A DNA stretch of 64,000 bases from assembly GCF_006345805.1 (NCBI RefSeq), contig NC_042998.1, forward strand, positions 75,578,001-75,642,000, read 5' to 3'. Below the pieces are notes generated by a model. The model saw nothing but the letters and a program-made list of their open reading frames with translations. It did no database searches and was not told where the DNA came from. The position numbers and the translations under genes were made by a program. The stretch is from Octopus sinensis. Its lineage: Eukaryota. Below, in pieces: positions 43,672 through 58,799 of the stretch. The first letter of the stretch is position 1. Each line of letters starts with the position of its first letter.

Positions 43672-45009
43672 GGTGGCTATTAAGCTAGCTCCTGTGGAGG
43701 GCTCTTCATTAGCCCATGGGCCCAGCAATGGCACTTCATGTATTGAGTCCATACTGAATTTTATTAAACTTGAACAATATTTTTCAAGCAATGAACAATT
43801 TTCATCAAAACAATGATATAATTTGTCGACCTGGAACTTATTGCAAAGCTGCATGATAAGCAACAGTACCACCACACCTGCTATACACACACCATTCGGA
43901 TTTCTGTCGCCACCATCACCACCAATACCTTAGACTTCGTCGCCTTCCCCTCCACCAACACGACCACTTTCTTTCACATCGCTTATTCTCACCATCATCC
44001 CTGACTGCCTCGGTTACCAACACCACTATCATCCCCACCGACTCCACCTCTGTCACAGCTACAGCTCATACTATTACCATCATCCCATTGCCATCACAAA
44101 AAGGCTAAATATGGGTGTTTGCTCAGTATGTTAGTTCAGCATATTAGTTCAGTGTTCAGTCTCTCTTTACCTCACACACCCACTCTCTCTCTCTCTCTTA
44201 TTATTATTATTATTACACCCACTGTCACCATCAACACTACTACTTTTAATAAAGCATCATCAACTCTCCCTAAATTTCTTGTCTCTCTTTCTCTCCTTCT
44301 CTTTTCTTTCTCCCTCTCTCTCTCTCTCTCTTTGCCACCGCCCTCACTGTTTCTATACCCACTATTACTCTCACTCCAGCATGAGCAATAGAAGTGTCAC
44401 TGAATAGTGAGAGAGGGGGTCAAAGTGTGACACACTGACACACAGAAATTAGTCTTCGTATTTTTTACATTAGATATATATATATGCATATAAATATATA
44501 TATATATGTATGTATGCATATATGTATGTATCCTAACAAAAACATGTTAATTTACAGTATTTTCAGAGCAACACGATTTCTTATAATGATGCATAAAATG
44601 AAACCTTGAAATTTCATGGATACTTTTGTAAATTCAACTTCAATGGTTATACGGTGAGTGACATATAAAAGCAGGTGACAAGTAAACATGTTGAGTACTA
44701 TTGCTTGTATATGCAAACCATATAACTTGGTGCTATAGAAATATTGTCAGACAAAGAGTTTATATATTGAATCTCCAAGCTAAACTGCCCACTATGGTAG
44801 CCATTCATAGGTCAGATCGGTAGGTTCCAATAAGATCACATTGTCAGTGATCACTGACGGGGAAATCTGTAACATAATTTCATTCAATCATGTTATCCTT
44901 CACACATCTTCTCTTGTACATTAGAAACTTCTTTGCTTTAAACTCTAACTATGCTATCTTCTAAACCTGTAATATTATTTTGCACAACTCTGTGAACCTT
45001 TCACACATA

Positions 45010-46279
45010 CGAGGGGCGTTCAATAAGTAATGCCCCTGACCCACTTGCAGTTGTTTGATCTAGCTGAAATTTTGCATGTGCACTTATTTATACCTCTATA
45101 GATTAAGTGGCGAATTACAGCTCTGAACTAATTGTGGTATCTGATTTACAGGTGTTTGAACTGAGTCAAGTGTGAAATGGAGCCTGTTGAGTGTCGAGCA
45201 GTGATCTGGTTTTTGTATTTGAAAGGACGCACACCACGGGAGACTTTTGATGAAATGAAAGTAACTTATGGTGATGATGCCCCATCATATGACCTTGTAA
45301 AACGCTGGCATTGTGAATTCAAACATAGTCGGAACTCTGTGCAAACAGCTCCCAGATCTGGTCGCCCCCTTCTGCCGTTGATGAGACGTCTGTCCGTCAA
45401 GTTGAGGCTGCCATTTTGGAAGGTCAACGCATAACTATTCACCAAATAGCCCACAAGGTCAAGATTAGTACCGGGTCTGTGGAAACTATCATTCATGACC
45501 ATTTGCATATGCAAAAGGTGTCTGCCAGATGGATTTCCAGGTTGCTCACTCCTTTCCAGAAGCAAGAACGCGTTGAGTGCTCGATGATGAATTTGGAGAT
45601 GTGCCAAGAAGATGAGTCAAAATTTTTCAAAAGACTGATCACACAGGATAAAACCTGGGTCCATCACTATGATCCATAGACCAAAGCCCAGTCAATGCAG
45701 TGAAAGCACCGTGACTCACCTCCTCCAAAGAAGGCAAGGGTGCAGCCCTCTGCTGACAAGGTTATGCTCACAGTCTTCTGGGACCAGGACGGAGTAGTGA
45801 TGACAGATTTCCTGGCAAAGGGTACCACAATTACAGGAGCCTATTATGCTTCACTTTTGAGGAAATTAAGAGAAGCTATCAAAATCAAGAGGCGGGGCAA
45901 GATCAGCAAAGGCATCCTCCTCCTGCAGGACAACGCTCCGGTCCACAACTCGCGTGTCGCCAGATCAGAAGCACAGGCGTGCAGCTATGAACTCCTCCAC
46001 TTGCACCCTCTGATTTTCACCTCTTCCCAGCCATGAAGTTGATTTTGAAAGGAAAGTGTTTCCCAGATGATGCAGCCTTGATTTCGGAAGTCACGTCGTG
46101 GTTGGAGGACCAAGCTGGAGTCTTCTACAAAAACGGTCTCCAGAGCTGGATCAAACGATGGGAGAAATGCATAACTCTGGGTAGTTCCTATGTAGGAAAA
46201 GACTAATAACTGTGCCAAGTGTCGTGGCTCTACTGCTATGGGAAGTGGGTCAGGGGCATTACTTATTGAACGCCCCTCG
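45010..46279 (+). mobile_element. Full-length mariner transposon (irritans-like), 1270 bp, defective
   Basis: Perfect 37-bp TIRs CGAGGGGCGTTCAATAAGTAATGCCCCTGACCCACTT; TA target duplications at 45008-45009 and 46280-46281. Confidence 0.95.
45177..46206 (+). pseudogene. Mariner DD34D-type transposase pseudogene
   Basis: RAVIWFL..PRSGRP, WISRLLT, ITQDKTWVHHYDP, KVMLTVFWDQDGV, LQDNAPVHNS, LAPSDFHLF, RWEKCI; frameshift, in-frame TGA, and deletion of the PYSPD motif. Confidence 0.9.
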
Positions 46280-46419
46280 TAGATATCATCAACATAAAAC
46301 CTTTGCAACAAGAAACCCCGAAGCAAAAATGCTTTCGCTCGAGAAATAATCTGGTTCGTTTTTGCAGCACAAAGACAATGAATGCTTATTATCTCTATAC
46401 TTCCTGGCGGTAGCATATA

Positions 46420-46452
<33 letters not shown>

Positions 46453-46599
46453 CAATTCATCTTCTCCGCCCACTGTTGCTGGGGTATTCGTGGGGTTAGA
46501 GTCCTCAGTCACATCTTCGATAGGGTCCTATCAGAAATAACTACCATTAGACTTTTAGGCTGCATTCCTAAATGTCACCAACAAAGATTATGGATATTA

Positions 46600-46870
46600 G
46601 TCTACCATCGTGTCCTTGGTATACCCCTAGGCATCATGCCGATTGGCTCGGCTTGAAAGATCCGTCTTATGATTCTTTTCAGCGAAATTCTAATCACAAG
46701 CCGGAACTGTGACCTTTTAATGCAGCGAAATAGCGGTGCGGTTTGGAATGACTCTGTGATCTCCGAGCTACGCGCTCTGTTGAGTAACATTACTACAGAG
46801 ATTTGGAATTTGCCTCTCAAAGCCTTGTCATCTTCAACACATTGCAACAACAGCCTCGCAGTTTTATATT
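46600..46870 (-). mobile_element. Degraded RTE-clade LINE C-terminal fragment
   Basis: ORF 46602-46850 contains RSSEITESF..PLFRCIKRSQFR..RRIFQAEPIG.MPRGIPRTRW, resembling the RTE ..RSQLRW..RPRGRPRTRW end. Confidence 0.55.
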
Positions 46871-47049
46871 TACATTATAGCCTCTATTTCTCTGAGCTTT
46901 CTATTTACATATCACCCCTACTCATCTTTTACCAGGAATATCGTTGTTTCCTTCTCTCTTTCTTCATGCTGTATTTCAAAATTCGATGACCCACAATAAA
47001 GGTTCATTCTGCCCAAGATGTTGGTCTCGAGAATTCCCTCCCTGCTTTC

Positions 47050-47745
47050 GCTCTCTTGTACACTCTTCGAACGCATTCTAAGGGACGACGAAAATGGTAT
47101 ATGCCCCCTATACCGCAACAAGTTCTGGAATAGGTTAGAGAGGGACACCAACAAAAGGATGAGAAACGTTACTTGGTATGATAACAGGAAATTTCACGGA
47201 GTAATGTTCGTTGACGCCACACCTAAGAACGAGCTAAGTAAGGCATTCAAGAAAATCCTGCGCACTACTGGCCTTAAAATCAAGGTTGTAGAAAAGACAG
47301 GTAGGACTATCAAATCGGCATTATGCAAATCATATCCATTTGATAGAATCACCTGTCAAAGTAATTGTGCAGTATGTTCGACAAATCCTCATGTAAACTG
47401 CAAAGCCAAGGGCACTGTATACCAAATTGAGTGCCAAGAAGGAGCTTGCGCGACTAACCCAGAGTCATACATAGGTGAGACTTCTAGAAGTATCAATGAT
47501 AGGATCAAAGAACACCTGGACAACTATATTGAAACTCCATATTCTACCATATTCTACCAACATGCTGTAGACTGCCACAAGGGATCCTTAGGGAAACTTA
47601 AGTTAAACATCCTATCAACACATCCCACCGATGCAATGTTGAGACAGGTCACAGAAGCTATTTGTATACAAGAATACAAACCTACTCTCAACCGGAAATC
47701 CGAATGGATAACATCCAGATCACATTCAAGAGGGCCATTCTATAA
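47050..47745 (+). mobile_element. Penelope-like element fragment: linker plus GIY-YIG endonuclease, reading frame open
   Basis: GICPLYR..W..ER, VMFVDATP, Cys-rich CQSNCAVC..NC, VYQIEC..YIGETSRSINDRIKEH, LRQVTEAICI..PTLN. Confidence 0.85.
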
Positions 47746-47749
47746 CCAC

Positions 47750-47849
<100 letters not shown>

Positions 47850-48869
47850 TACTTGTAATCCTTACATACATAATGCAATGCGTGGTGCTAAAACACTTAT
47901 GTGCTGTTACATATAACCGTATGAGCGTACGTTGTTTGATACGTATGTGCGTGTGTGGTGCTATAAAAAAAATGCACATGCATACACATATGAGCATGTA
48001 TGGATATATGTATGTATTGTATATGTATGCGTTTATGCATATATAAATATAAAATATTGTGTCGTATTTTGTATGTATGTGTGTGTGGGTGTGCGTATGT
48101 ATGTTTATGCGTGTGTGTGCGTGTGTGTATATGCGTGTGTGCGTGTGTGTATGTGTGTAATAGGACATGTGTATGGTGAAGTGGATAAGAATATATGAGT
48201 ATTTTAAGATTATATGTATATTTATGAGTGTGTCTATATGATTGTGTGTACTTGCGGATATGGATATGGTTATATGTGCACAGTTGCACCTAAACATTGC
48301 ATTCATTCACAGTTACACGGTGATGAGAGGAACAAACACACATATATATATGTGTGTGCGTCTATACAAACATATATGTGTGTATGTATACAACCTTCAG
48401 CAAAGTAACAGTCATGTACACAACTTGGACGGACACATGCCAGTACACGGACATACGTTCACATGCACATACACATGTACACACACAGACGCGTCTGCCC
48501 ATTCTCCTAGACACTCACATACATACGTAGCACATGAGTACAAACATACATACCCACGTATGGGCATACACACGTACATACGCACGTACATGTACGCACA
48601 CACATACATGGGCACATGCATACGTGCGCGTATACATACATACGCACATGCGTACGTATGTGCATACACACATACATACGTACATACATATATACGTACA
48701 TACATACATACATACATACATACACACATACGTACGTATTTAACCTGAACTAACTAGATGTAGGGAGAAAGAAAAAAAAAATTAATAAAATACAAGTAAT
48801 AGTAAAACAAATGTTCTGTGATATAGAGATAAACGTCTGATAATAGGTTTTAGAGTTTTGTTTTGGGGG

Positions 48870-49565
48870 TGAAGGACGGGGATAAAGAAAATGAAAAGTG
48901 AGACGCAACCGACAGAGATACAGCTTGGGTTATTAGTAGAGGTGGGGTATCGTTTTTCGAAAGAAAAGAAGAATTGTACTGTGACTGGGTCTCAAATTGA
49001 TGGCAGATGACACGGACGGCAGAGATGCAGGATTTGAGTGTAAGGTATAATCCGTTTAACATGAGTGGAGAGTTATGAGGAAAATTCGGGACAGGTGTAG
49101 GAGATGGGTTACTGGAAGTGATAGCGGTGAGAGTGTAGTCGAAGTGTTTAGTAGAGATAGATTTCCTAGCGAAAGAGTAAAATTAGAAGAAATAGTGAAA
49201 GGGATTGACAAATTAGATTAAAGTATTCAGTTGTTTACGAAATAGAGAGCGGTACCGTCCATAAAATCATCTATTAAATCATCTGTATAGCTTTGAGACT
49301 TTGAGCCTTCATGAGATTTTGAGCCTTGATGCACCCAACAAACATGCTGGTATCATGGAATCAACTCTTTTCCCCATAACAACTACAAGTATATGCTGGC
49401 AAAATAGAAGCAGTTAAAGGTGAGTAGCTGTTCGGTTAAGAGGAAAAGGGTACACACACTGAGTTGGAGAATGATGCGACGACTGAGAATGTAAAGCAGG
49501 GTCGTCGTTATGGAGGATGATTGAGTAGAAGAATTTAACATCCATAGTGAAGAAGAGGCACAATG
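48870..49565 (-). mobile_element. Degraded Penelope-like reverse transcriptase fragment
   Basis: Across minus frames: LFFTMDVKFFYSII.HND, LTEQLLTFNCFYF, VVMGKR..ACLLG, YTDD, FVNPFH, THVKRIIPYTQIL. Confidence 0.65.
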
Positions 49566-49588
49566 TGTCAGAATATATATACATATAC

Positions 49589-49668
<80 letters not shown>

Positions 49669-49683
49669 CCTGCGTTAAACTCC

Positions 49684-49723
<40 letters not shown>

Positions 49724-51254
49724 ACATATAGTCAGAAAAATACAGACATGTATACATACACTTACACACACGTGTGTGTGCGTGTACAGATATATTTACA
49801 GATATATAAAATCTTCCTAATGCTTGCACCAATAATTATCAAAGTTTCACTATTTCTTGTACTGTTGCTATAACATCATATGCATGTATTAAAATCGCCC
49901 TAGCAATAAAAATATGAATCTAATAAATAATACAAATCCTGATAAATTGTGTAAATACAACACCTAATGCATTTATATAAACTGAAATTAAATTATGAAA
50001 CCATTCAAAAGATTTAATTTTTTTAATTTATTTGAATGGTATGAGAAATGTCTTTCTAGAAATGCAGAAAGAATGGCATTTTAGTGGTTGGTGTGTAGTT
50101 AACAGAATGAGGAAACGTAGTGTCAATCTCAATTGTAACCCAAATTGAACACAAAAGAAAAGTCGTTTAAAGAAAGGTAGCATGGAAATTCAGTGTTAGA
50201 AAAAAACTAGTGAAGGTATCTAGTGTGGAATCGATGGGAAATCTGTCGAGGGTTTGCAGGAGTAATACGCAGCAGTTGTAAAACATGGTGCTTTATATTA
50301 TGGGATTTATCGTTATATTGATTTTCTATGTGCAATATTTTACAACATAACATGTTAAATTTTCTGTACACCCCTTGCCATGCACTATATATATGTGTGT
50401 GTGTGTATGTGCGTGTGTGAGTATGTGCGTGTGTGTGTGTGTGTGCGTGTTTGTGTGTGTGTGTTTGTGTGTGTATGCAAATGTATGAAGCTGAAGATAA
50501 ATTTGATAGATGAAACGTTAACTCGTTAACAAAAAGCATCAGAAGACGATATTATAAAGTTATTTTCTAGATGTACAAGTTAAGAGTTTAATTCCTATCT
50601 ACTACACATTGCTAATTTACTTGTCGGCTCATTTCACTCATTTCACAGATGGTTTTCGAAAATCCACCATCAGTTTAACTGTATATATCATTCATATTCA
50701 TGTAATATTAACACGGTGAATTATGATAACCAGAGATTCCACCGAGGCAAATGGAAAAAATAGTTATTACAAGAAAAAATATAAAAACCTGTTGAAATGC
50801 GTCGTATTTTTCGCTTAAACTTCTTGTTAAATTATAATAACAGCTCGTTGAAATAGTGACATGTTTTGAGGAATCATGTATCAATATGTAATAAAATCTT
50901 TGATATTTGATCAAATGAAATATTTCGGTACCACATTCAATTAAATTGTAATATTCAAAGTTATTTTTTTTAAATTATAGTGTCTATAGAAATATGAGAA
51001 GTCTTGACAATTAGTTGCGAAAGGAAAGTATCGTGGTTTCAAATAGCAGAATCGGAATATAGTTCAGTAGGATCGTCTTTCTGTAGAACATTTAGGATAA
51101 ATTTTTCTCTAAAAAAAATCTCTTAAAAAATCATGCACGCTGTACCTCCTAATTAAGTAATTAAAACAAAAGTTTTTGTTTATAATCACAGATTTTTTCA
51201 TATCTGTAGAAAGGATACTATACATTTTAGGGAAACTTTTAATCGAATTAAATA

Positions 51255-51980
51255 CAATAATCCTTCGACTGTCGCGGGTGTTACGTTCCAAAATTCTCCG
51301 CGATAAGTGAAAATCTGCGAAATAGAAACAGTACTGTATTGTATATTTTTTTATATTTTTATAATTTGTTATTTGTTTACTGCCCACAAGGGGCTACACA
51401 CAGAGGGGACAAACAAGGACAGACAAACGAATTAGTTGATTATATCGACCCTAGTGCGCAACTGGTACTTATTTAATCGAACCCGAAAGGATGAAAGGCA
51501 AAGTCGACCTCGGCGGAATTTGAACTCAGGACGTAGCGGTAGACGAAATACCGGTAAGCATTTCGCTCGGCGTGCTAACATTTCTGCCAATTCGCCGCCT
51601 TGTGTACATTTATTTTATTATAAATGCAAAACAACACAACACACTCACCTTCCAAGTTTCGTTTTCCATACGGTATGTGCGATTCTTTGTTTATTCATCT
51701 ACTGTAAACTACGTATTTTCTTTTAATATATTTTAATTAATGAGTTATACAGTGCAGTACTGTATTGTATTTTTATTTATTAATCTATTAGTTTTTAGGC
51801 ATGAAAATGTTTATTTTACCACGGAAATAATTAAAAACTAAAACAATGTAAAAACCTATAGGCCGCAGAAACCCACAATATACTGATAAGTCTGCGATAT
51901 AAATTTATACATATTAGCTAGAAAATCTGTGATGTACTGAGGGCGTGATAGGTGAAGAGCAATATGGCGAGTGATTACTG
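51255..51980 (+). mobile_element. Tigger/pogo-like MITE interrupted by a SINE
   Basis: Degenerate TIRs CAATAATCCTTCGACTGTCGCG and ATGGCGAGTGATTACTG, flanked by TA. Confidence 0.65.
51378..51601 (-). mobile_element. SINE family A nested in the MITE
   Basis: Reverse complement closely matches 36376-36608. Confidence 0.85.
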
Positions 51981-52504
51981 TATATCCAGTATCAAGTACC
52001 GTTGACCTAGATAGCATTACATGACGTATAAGAATATAAATAACTAAGACAACAAATTTCATCTGTAACTCTACCGTTTCTGTCGCCTTAAGCGGCAGTG
52101 ATGAGGGATGACAAAAATAGTGATGATAATAGAAACATTTTATTTACAATAGAATTTCTGGGAGTATGCATTTTTTGTCCATTACTTATATTTACAGCTT
52201 TACAAAGAAAATACATTTTATTCGTCACAAGCACCCACACAGAAACACACATATATGTCTCTCACCCCTCCCTGTCTCTTTACTATTTACTGTGAGTGTT
52301 TGTATGTTATATGCGGGTTTTGAACAAATGATGCGAACTTACTGTTCAGAAAATATAATTTGATCACTTAAATAAATGACTCAAAGGATTTTTATTGTTA
52401 CAACATGTATTAAAGCCATGCATTTTAAGAAAAAGCATTCTATTTCTTCCGGAGAGAACGATATAGCTTTTGTTGGACACAGTTTTGATACACACACACA
52501 CACA

Positions 52505-52605
<101 letters not shown>

Positions 52606-52931
52606 TATATACATAAATATATATATGTATGCATAAACAATTATATATACATGCATACATACATATGTATACAGACATGTATACATACAGATAGAGAGAT
52701 AGAAATAGACAAACACACTGACATAACATATAGTAAAACTTTGAAAGAAGTATTCTATCAGAAGATATGGCATTATAATAGAATAATTAACAGAGTTAAT
52801 TAAATACGTGAATAGTAATTTGAAATATAATTAATTAAAAATCTTCCTCCGAACTGTATTAGAACTCTTTTGTTATGAAAGTTAAGCATATGATTCCATA
52901 TTAGTGCGTATATGCCCACTCATCTGCGTGC

Positions 52932-53065
<134 letters not shown>

Positions 53066-56000
53066 TATATATACGTATATATATATGTATACATATATAT
53101 ATGTGTATATGTATATATATGTGTGTGTGTGTGTGTATAGTAATGTAAAAGCTGTAACGTATTGGGTCTACATAGTGCAAGCAATATTTGATATAGAACT
53201 CAATACGTTGGGTAGAGTGGATAGATATATTTATTAGATATATTTATTATATCAAAACACTAGCCCTTTGTTCAGAGTATAGAAGAGGTGTGAAGGATTT
53301 ATACTGATTAGTTTGACCTTATATCTGGGCGGACAAGATATTATATATATATGGCTCCCAAAGATTCCGGAACAATTTAGAATTTATTGCTAAATTGCTA
53401 AATGTAAAATACATTCTTACTCTATGTTAACTGTACAGGATAAAGGCACGTTCAATTATGTGAATTAACCTACGATCTGGTTTAAAGCACAAACAGCTAA
53501 ATGGCAGCCATCTATCATTTTCTATTACTATGAAGGGAATTTGGAATGGTTGTTCTATATTCTTAATGAAAGATATTTTTTCATTTATTTTGTATTTTAC
53601 TATATTCTTAACTAGGAAAATCGTTTACTTTGGACTTTGATACTTCTAAAAAGCATAACATTTCACCACCTACGTTTGTCTATTACTCCCACATATCCCT
53701 TCATTCCTTTTACAATCCTCTGAACTACTTCTTTCTGTTGTTACTCTCTCTTTTTCTCTCTTTCTCTCTTTTTCTCTGTCTCTTTCTCTCTTTTTTTTTC
53801 TCTCTCTCTTTCTCTCTTTTTCTCTCTCTTTCTCTCTATCGAATTTTCTTTTCCTTTCTGTTTTATTGTGCGTCTAATTATAATCAATTCTTCAATTTTC
53901 ATAGACTCATCTATATCATTCTAACAGTGATATATACTATTCCCCTTTTTATTTTACTTCACTCTAAAATATGTTAATCCTCTCTATCTATCTGTAGAAA
54001 AGCTACGTGTTCAAACAGGCCATCTACATTCGTTTGGAAATTTGTATAGAAAGGAACATAAAGTCATCTATAACGAATGAATAATCATTTATATGTGTTC
54101 GATAATAATAATAATATTCTCGAGATCTAATCTTGTCTTGAATCCGTTAACTGAGTGTGGCTTAAAGTTTATAACTGTCTTTAGAGTAAGTGTGTATTTG
54201 TGTGTGAATGTTTGCCTGTATGATCTGTATATATGTATGTATTTATGATTCTCTGTCTATATGTATATATGTATGTATTTATGCTTCTCTGTCTATATGT
54301 ATATATGTATGAGTATATGTACATCATTTCAATTTTTATCATGTTTTTCCAAATATATTTAATTTCTATTTATCTATATGTATTTCATATGCTAAATATT
54401 AAACATTTTCATTCCATGTATTTTATCCTCTACGTAATTGATTAATTTGTCAAATATTTTACATAGTGACATATTTTCCATAATTCCTAATTAGATGACA
54501 TCTCAAACATTTAGTATATTTGCTAACATATCATATTTCCTCCTTTACTAACTTTCTCTTGCCCCATCATTAAGTAATCTGTCTCAATAGAAAAATTTAT
54601 GAGCCCAATTTATCAAACTACTTTTCATTAATGTGTGGTATTCATGGCGTAATTTACTTCACAAATCTTTCAACGTTTTATTACAACCATAATCAATTAG
54701 GTTTTAATGTAAAAAAGTGAAAACTTGAGCAATATCCAGCGATGGATCAAGAGCTTTTATCTTCGAATCTTTTTTGCCTCCTCCTAATAGCTGTTTTCCT
54801 CTTAACTCTGTTTTTTTTTTTTCTTTTTCCTGTAATGTTTGATATTTTGATGTTCATGTTTATGCGTGTAAATATATGTATTGAAATATGTTAAGCAATA
54901 AAATCACTGAACTGGTGATTTTTATGTGAGAGATATAAAATTCATAATTTAGGTCCTTATATAAATGCGTACTTGTCAATATATATTTCTTTCTGTTATG
55001 TACTATTGGCGTCTGAGTGTACATGCATATATCTTTCGCACAATAATTCTACATAATTTTAGTAATCTATTTAATTTCGCGATATGTGATTTTTTTTCTT
55101 TCTTTGTAGCCGGTTTGAAAATCAAATTACTAAGATGCTCATAGATCAAAAGCATTCTTCTTTCTAGAGGTTCGACAGAAAATTCCTTGAAATAAGAAAC
55201 TTATTCATCCGATATGGTGAAGATAATGGCAGATTTCTTTGAGTCGGCGATTATATGAATGATTACAGATTTTTTTCATCTTTTATATACATTTTTACAT
55301 CAGAAAATATTTATGCAATATCGTTACCTCTCCACATCAGACTATTCATAAATATTATAAGTGTTGTCACAACAAAAATTAAATCGTTTGAAAACAAACA
55401 TTGAAAAATACATTAGTGATACTAATGGGAAATGAATTCAACGAGGTTGTTTAATCTGCAACATCTAAAAGCAGATTTAGCATTCTGTTCTACATGGCCA
55501 ATAATATTTCAAGACAAATTGTTAATACCGATAACATATGTAAGTAAAACCTAGATAGTTTTACAGGGTATGAAGTTTTGATGGACAGTATTGATTACTT
55601 GTATAAACACAAGGTATATTTAGAAAAGATTCAATTAAGGCGATCATCGAATTTCTGATTTACCTCTCATTTACCAAAAATTAATTAGTTGTTCTATTGC
55701 TCATAGACTAAATAATATCTTTTCCTCGCCGCATAATATTCATTTTTTTTTTATAATGCCCACCGCATAAAATACGGTAACAATATCTTGGCTAATTAAA
55801 TAGTCATTAAGTAAGATAAATGCTACTTTAAAGCAACCGAAAATTATTATTCAATATGATAATTTCCATAATAATTCCTTTACTTGCATATTCACAGAAC
55901 AGAAATAATAATTCACTGAAGGGGAAAATAAGAAATGTATTATTGCCAGCAAAATAAGAATTACTTCAAACATATATTAATTAAGAATTTAGTAAGACGC

Positions 56001-56669
56001 AATTAGCCACTCTACAAAATAAATTCTCGATATAAAATGAAGAAGGTAAATTACTTCAATTTTAACTACTTAAATGGAGTTTCTAGAGATAGAATGATTT
56101 GTTTTTATTTTTAAGTGGTACATTCTTACCTCTAAAATCAAAAGCATATGCTAGGAAATATATTAGGATACCTAGAACAACATGAAGAGTAATTTCTAAA
56201 ACTATTCCTTTTTGTAGATTTGAAAGAAAACAAATTCAGGAGGATGCGAAGATTCTTTCTGTATTCTGAATTCATAGACATCATCGGAATATTATATAAT
56301 ATTGAAAAAATATTATAGTTTGATTTCATTAAAAATTGTACTTATTTTTTACATTTTGGGGATTTTTCCTTTGGTGAATACATTCGAACATGGAATGATT
56401 AGGCTAATTTATAACCAAAGTTGCAGAAAATATTTTAAGGTCTCATTTATAATAACTAAGTAAGAGTGTGTATTCAAACTCAAGTCATTATCAAAGAATT
56501 TCGTTCCTTTCCTTAGCCAAAATATATTAACATTTTTCCAATATATCGTTGCTAATTATAATATGAAACTAAAAAAAAAAAAATAATCGATGTAAATATG
56601 TAAGACTGAAGAATATTTCAAATTCTAGATTACAGCATTTACTATATACAACTATAGAATAAATATGCA

Positions 56670-57689
<1,020 letters not shown>

Positions 57690-57692
<3 letters not shown>

Positions 57693-58320
57693 ATAATAAT
57701 AGGGAATAAATCCAAACTTACAGGGAAAAATTAGATTGAGGATTAAATCCAATTTTATAGTATAAATATATTATATTATATTATATTAAATTAGAGATAA
57801 AAGCACTATTAGGCAAATCAAACAGTGAAAAACATAAGCCAATACATAAAATTAATTTTAAAATATAAAAGTTAAAAGTCAAAAAATTATTCAAATTATT
57901 TAAATAATTTAAAATTATTTAAATAATTTAAATCTTAAATATATATATACAAATATATATATATGTATGTATATTTTTATATTTATATATTATTTTATTT
58001 ATTAATTTATTAATTTATTATTATTATTATTATTTTATATAAATATCAAAAGTATTAAAAGTTTAATAAAAGATAAAGAGTAAAACACTACGATCGTTTC
58101 ATGGCTGTACCAATTCGAATAACAATAATTTAAATTCAATTAATAATTCGAGTTATGGCTACAGTCAATCTTCAGGTTAATTGAAATATTTTTAAAATAA
58201 TCAGAAATATTTAAACAATATTTTTAAAGATATAAATAATATAATAATTTTACTTATAATAAACACTATTATCAAACTAGAAACTGTTTGATTTGCCTAA
58301 TAGTGGTTTTATCTCTAATT

Positions 58321-58322
<2 letters not shown>
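57690..58322 (-). mobile_element. AT-rich PLE-like element with 40-bp inverted repeats and a hammerhead-like motif
   Basis: IRs 57787-57826 and 58283-58322 (1 mismatch); flanked by (TA)n on both sides. Confidence 0.5.
58087..58177 (-). ncRNA. Hammerhead-like motif with long helix II and weak helix I
   Basis: Minus strand AC-CTGAAGA-TTGACTGTA..TCGAAT..ATTCGA..TACAGCCAT-GAAAC-GATC-GTA-GT; palindromic helix III ACGATCGT. Confidence 0.5.
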
Positions 58323-58372
<50 letters not shown>

Positions 58373-58799
58373 GTCATATCTTTTTCTAGGTGGACCGGTT
58401 CTTGTGAGCTGAGTTTTTGATATATCATATCATATTATGCCAACACTGCAGCTATACGTGCTATTATAGCTGGTGGATTTCTTATTGTAATTCTTCGCTA
58501 TCATTGTAACAGTTTGTGTATCCAGTTCCTGGCTGTGTATACCAGTGACATTTAACTCTAAATAAGCCAGGCTCTTTAGATATAAACAAATATGGTGTGT
58601 AGATGCCAGTCACACACAAAATTGTTAACAGTCAGATTTTCTTACACTTTCATTCCTTCCCCTTCGTCTTTGTAGTGACAAATATAGCAGAAACCAGAAA
58701 TATAGCCCTTTTGCCACTCATTGGTGGTCCCTCATTCTTAAGAGTTTAAGTTCTTCTTGAAAAATTGTACTTCTTGAAAAGTTGTACTTAGTATCAACA

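Noticed and set aside
43624-43890. ORF with vague BTB/BACK-like wording, and a CTAATGA-AGAGC HHR-like remnant near 43700
   Set aside because: The ORF runs into (TA)n with no splice signals; the HHR remnant lacks G5 and GAAA
53157-53209. Imperfect 15-bp hairpin AACGTATTGGGTCTA/TAGAACTCAATACGTT
   Set aside because: Isolated, AT-rich, no associated motif
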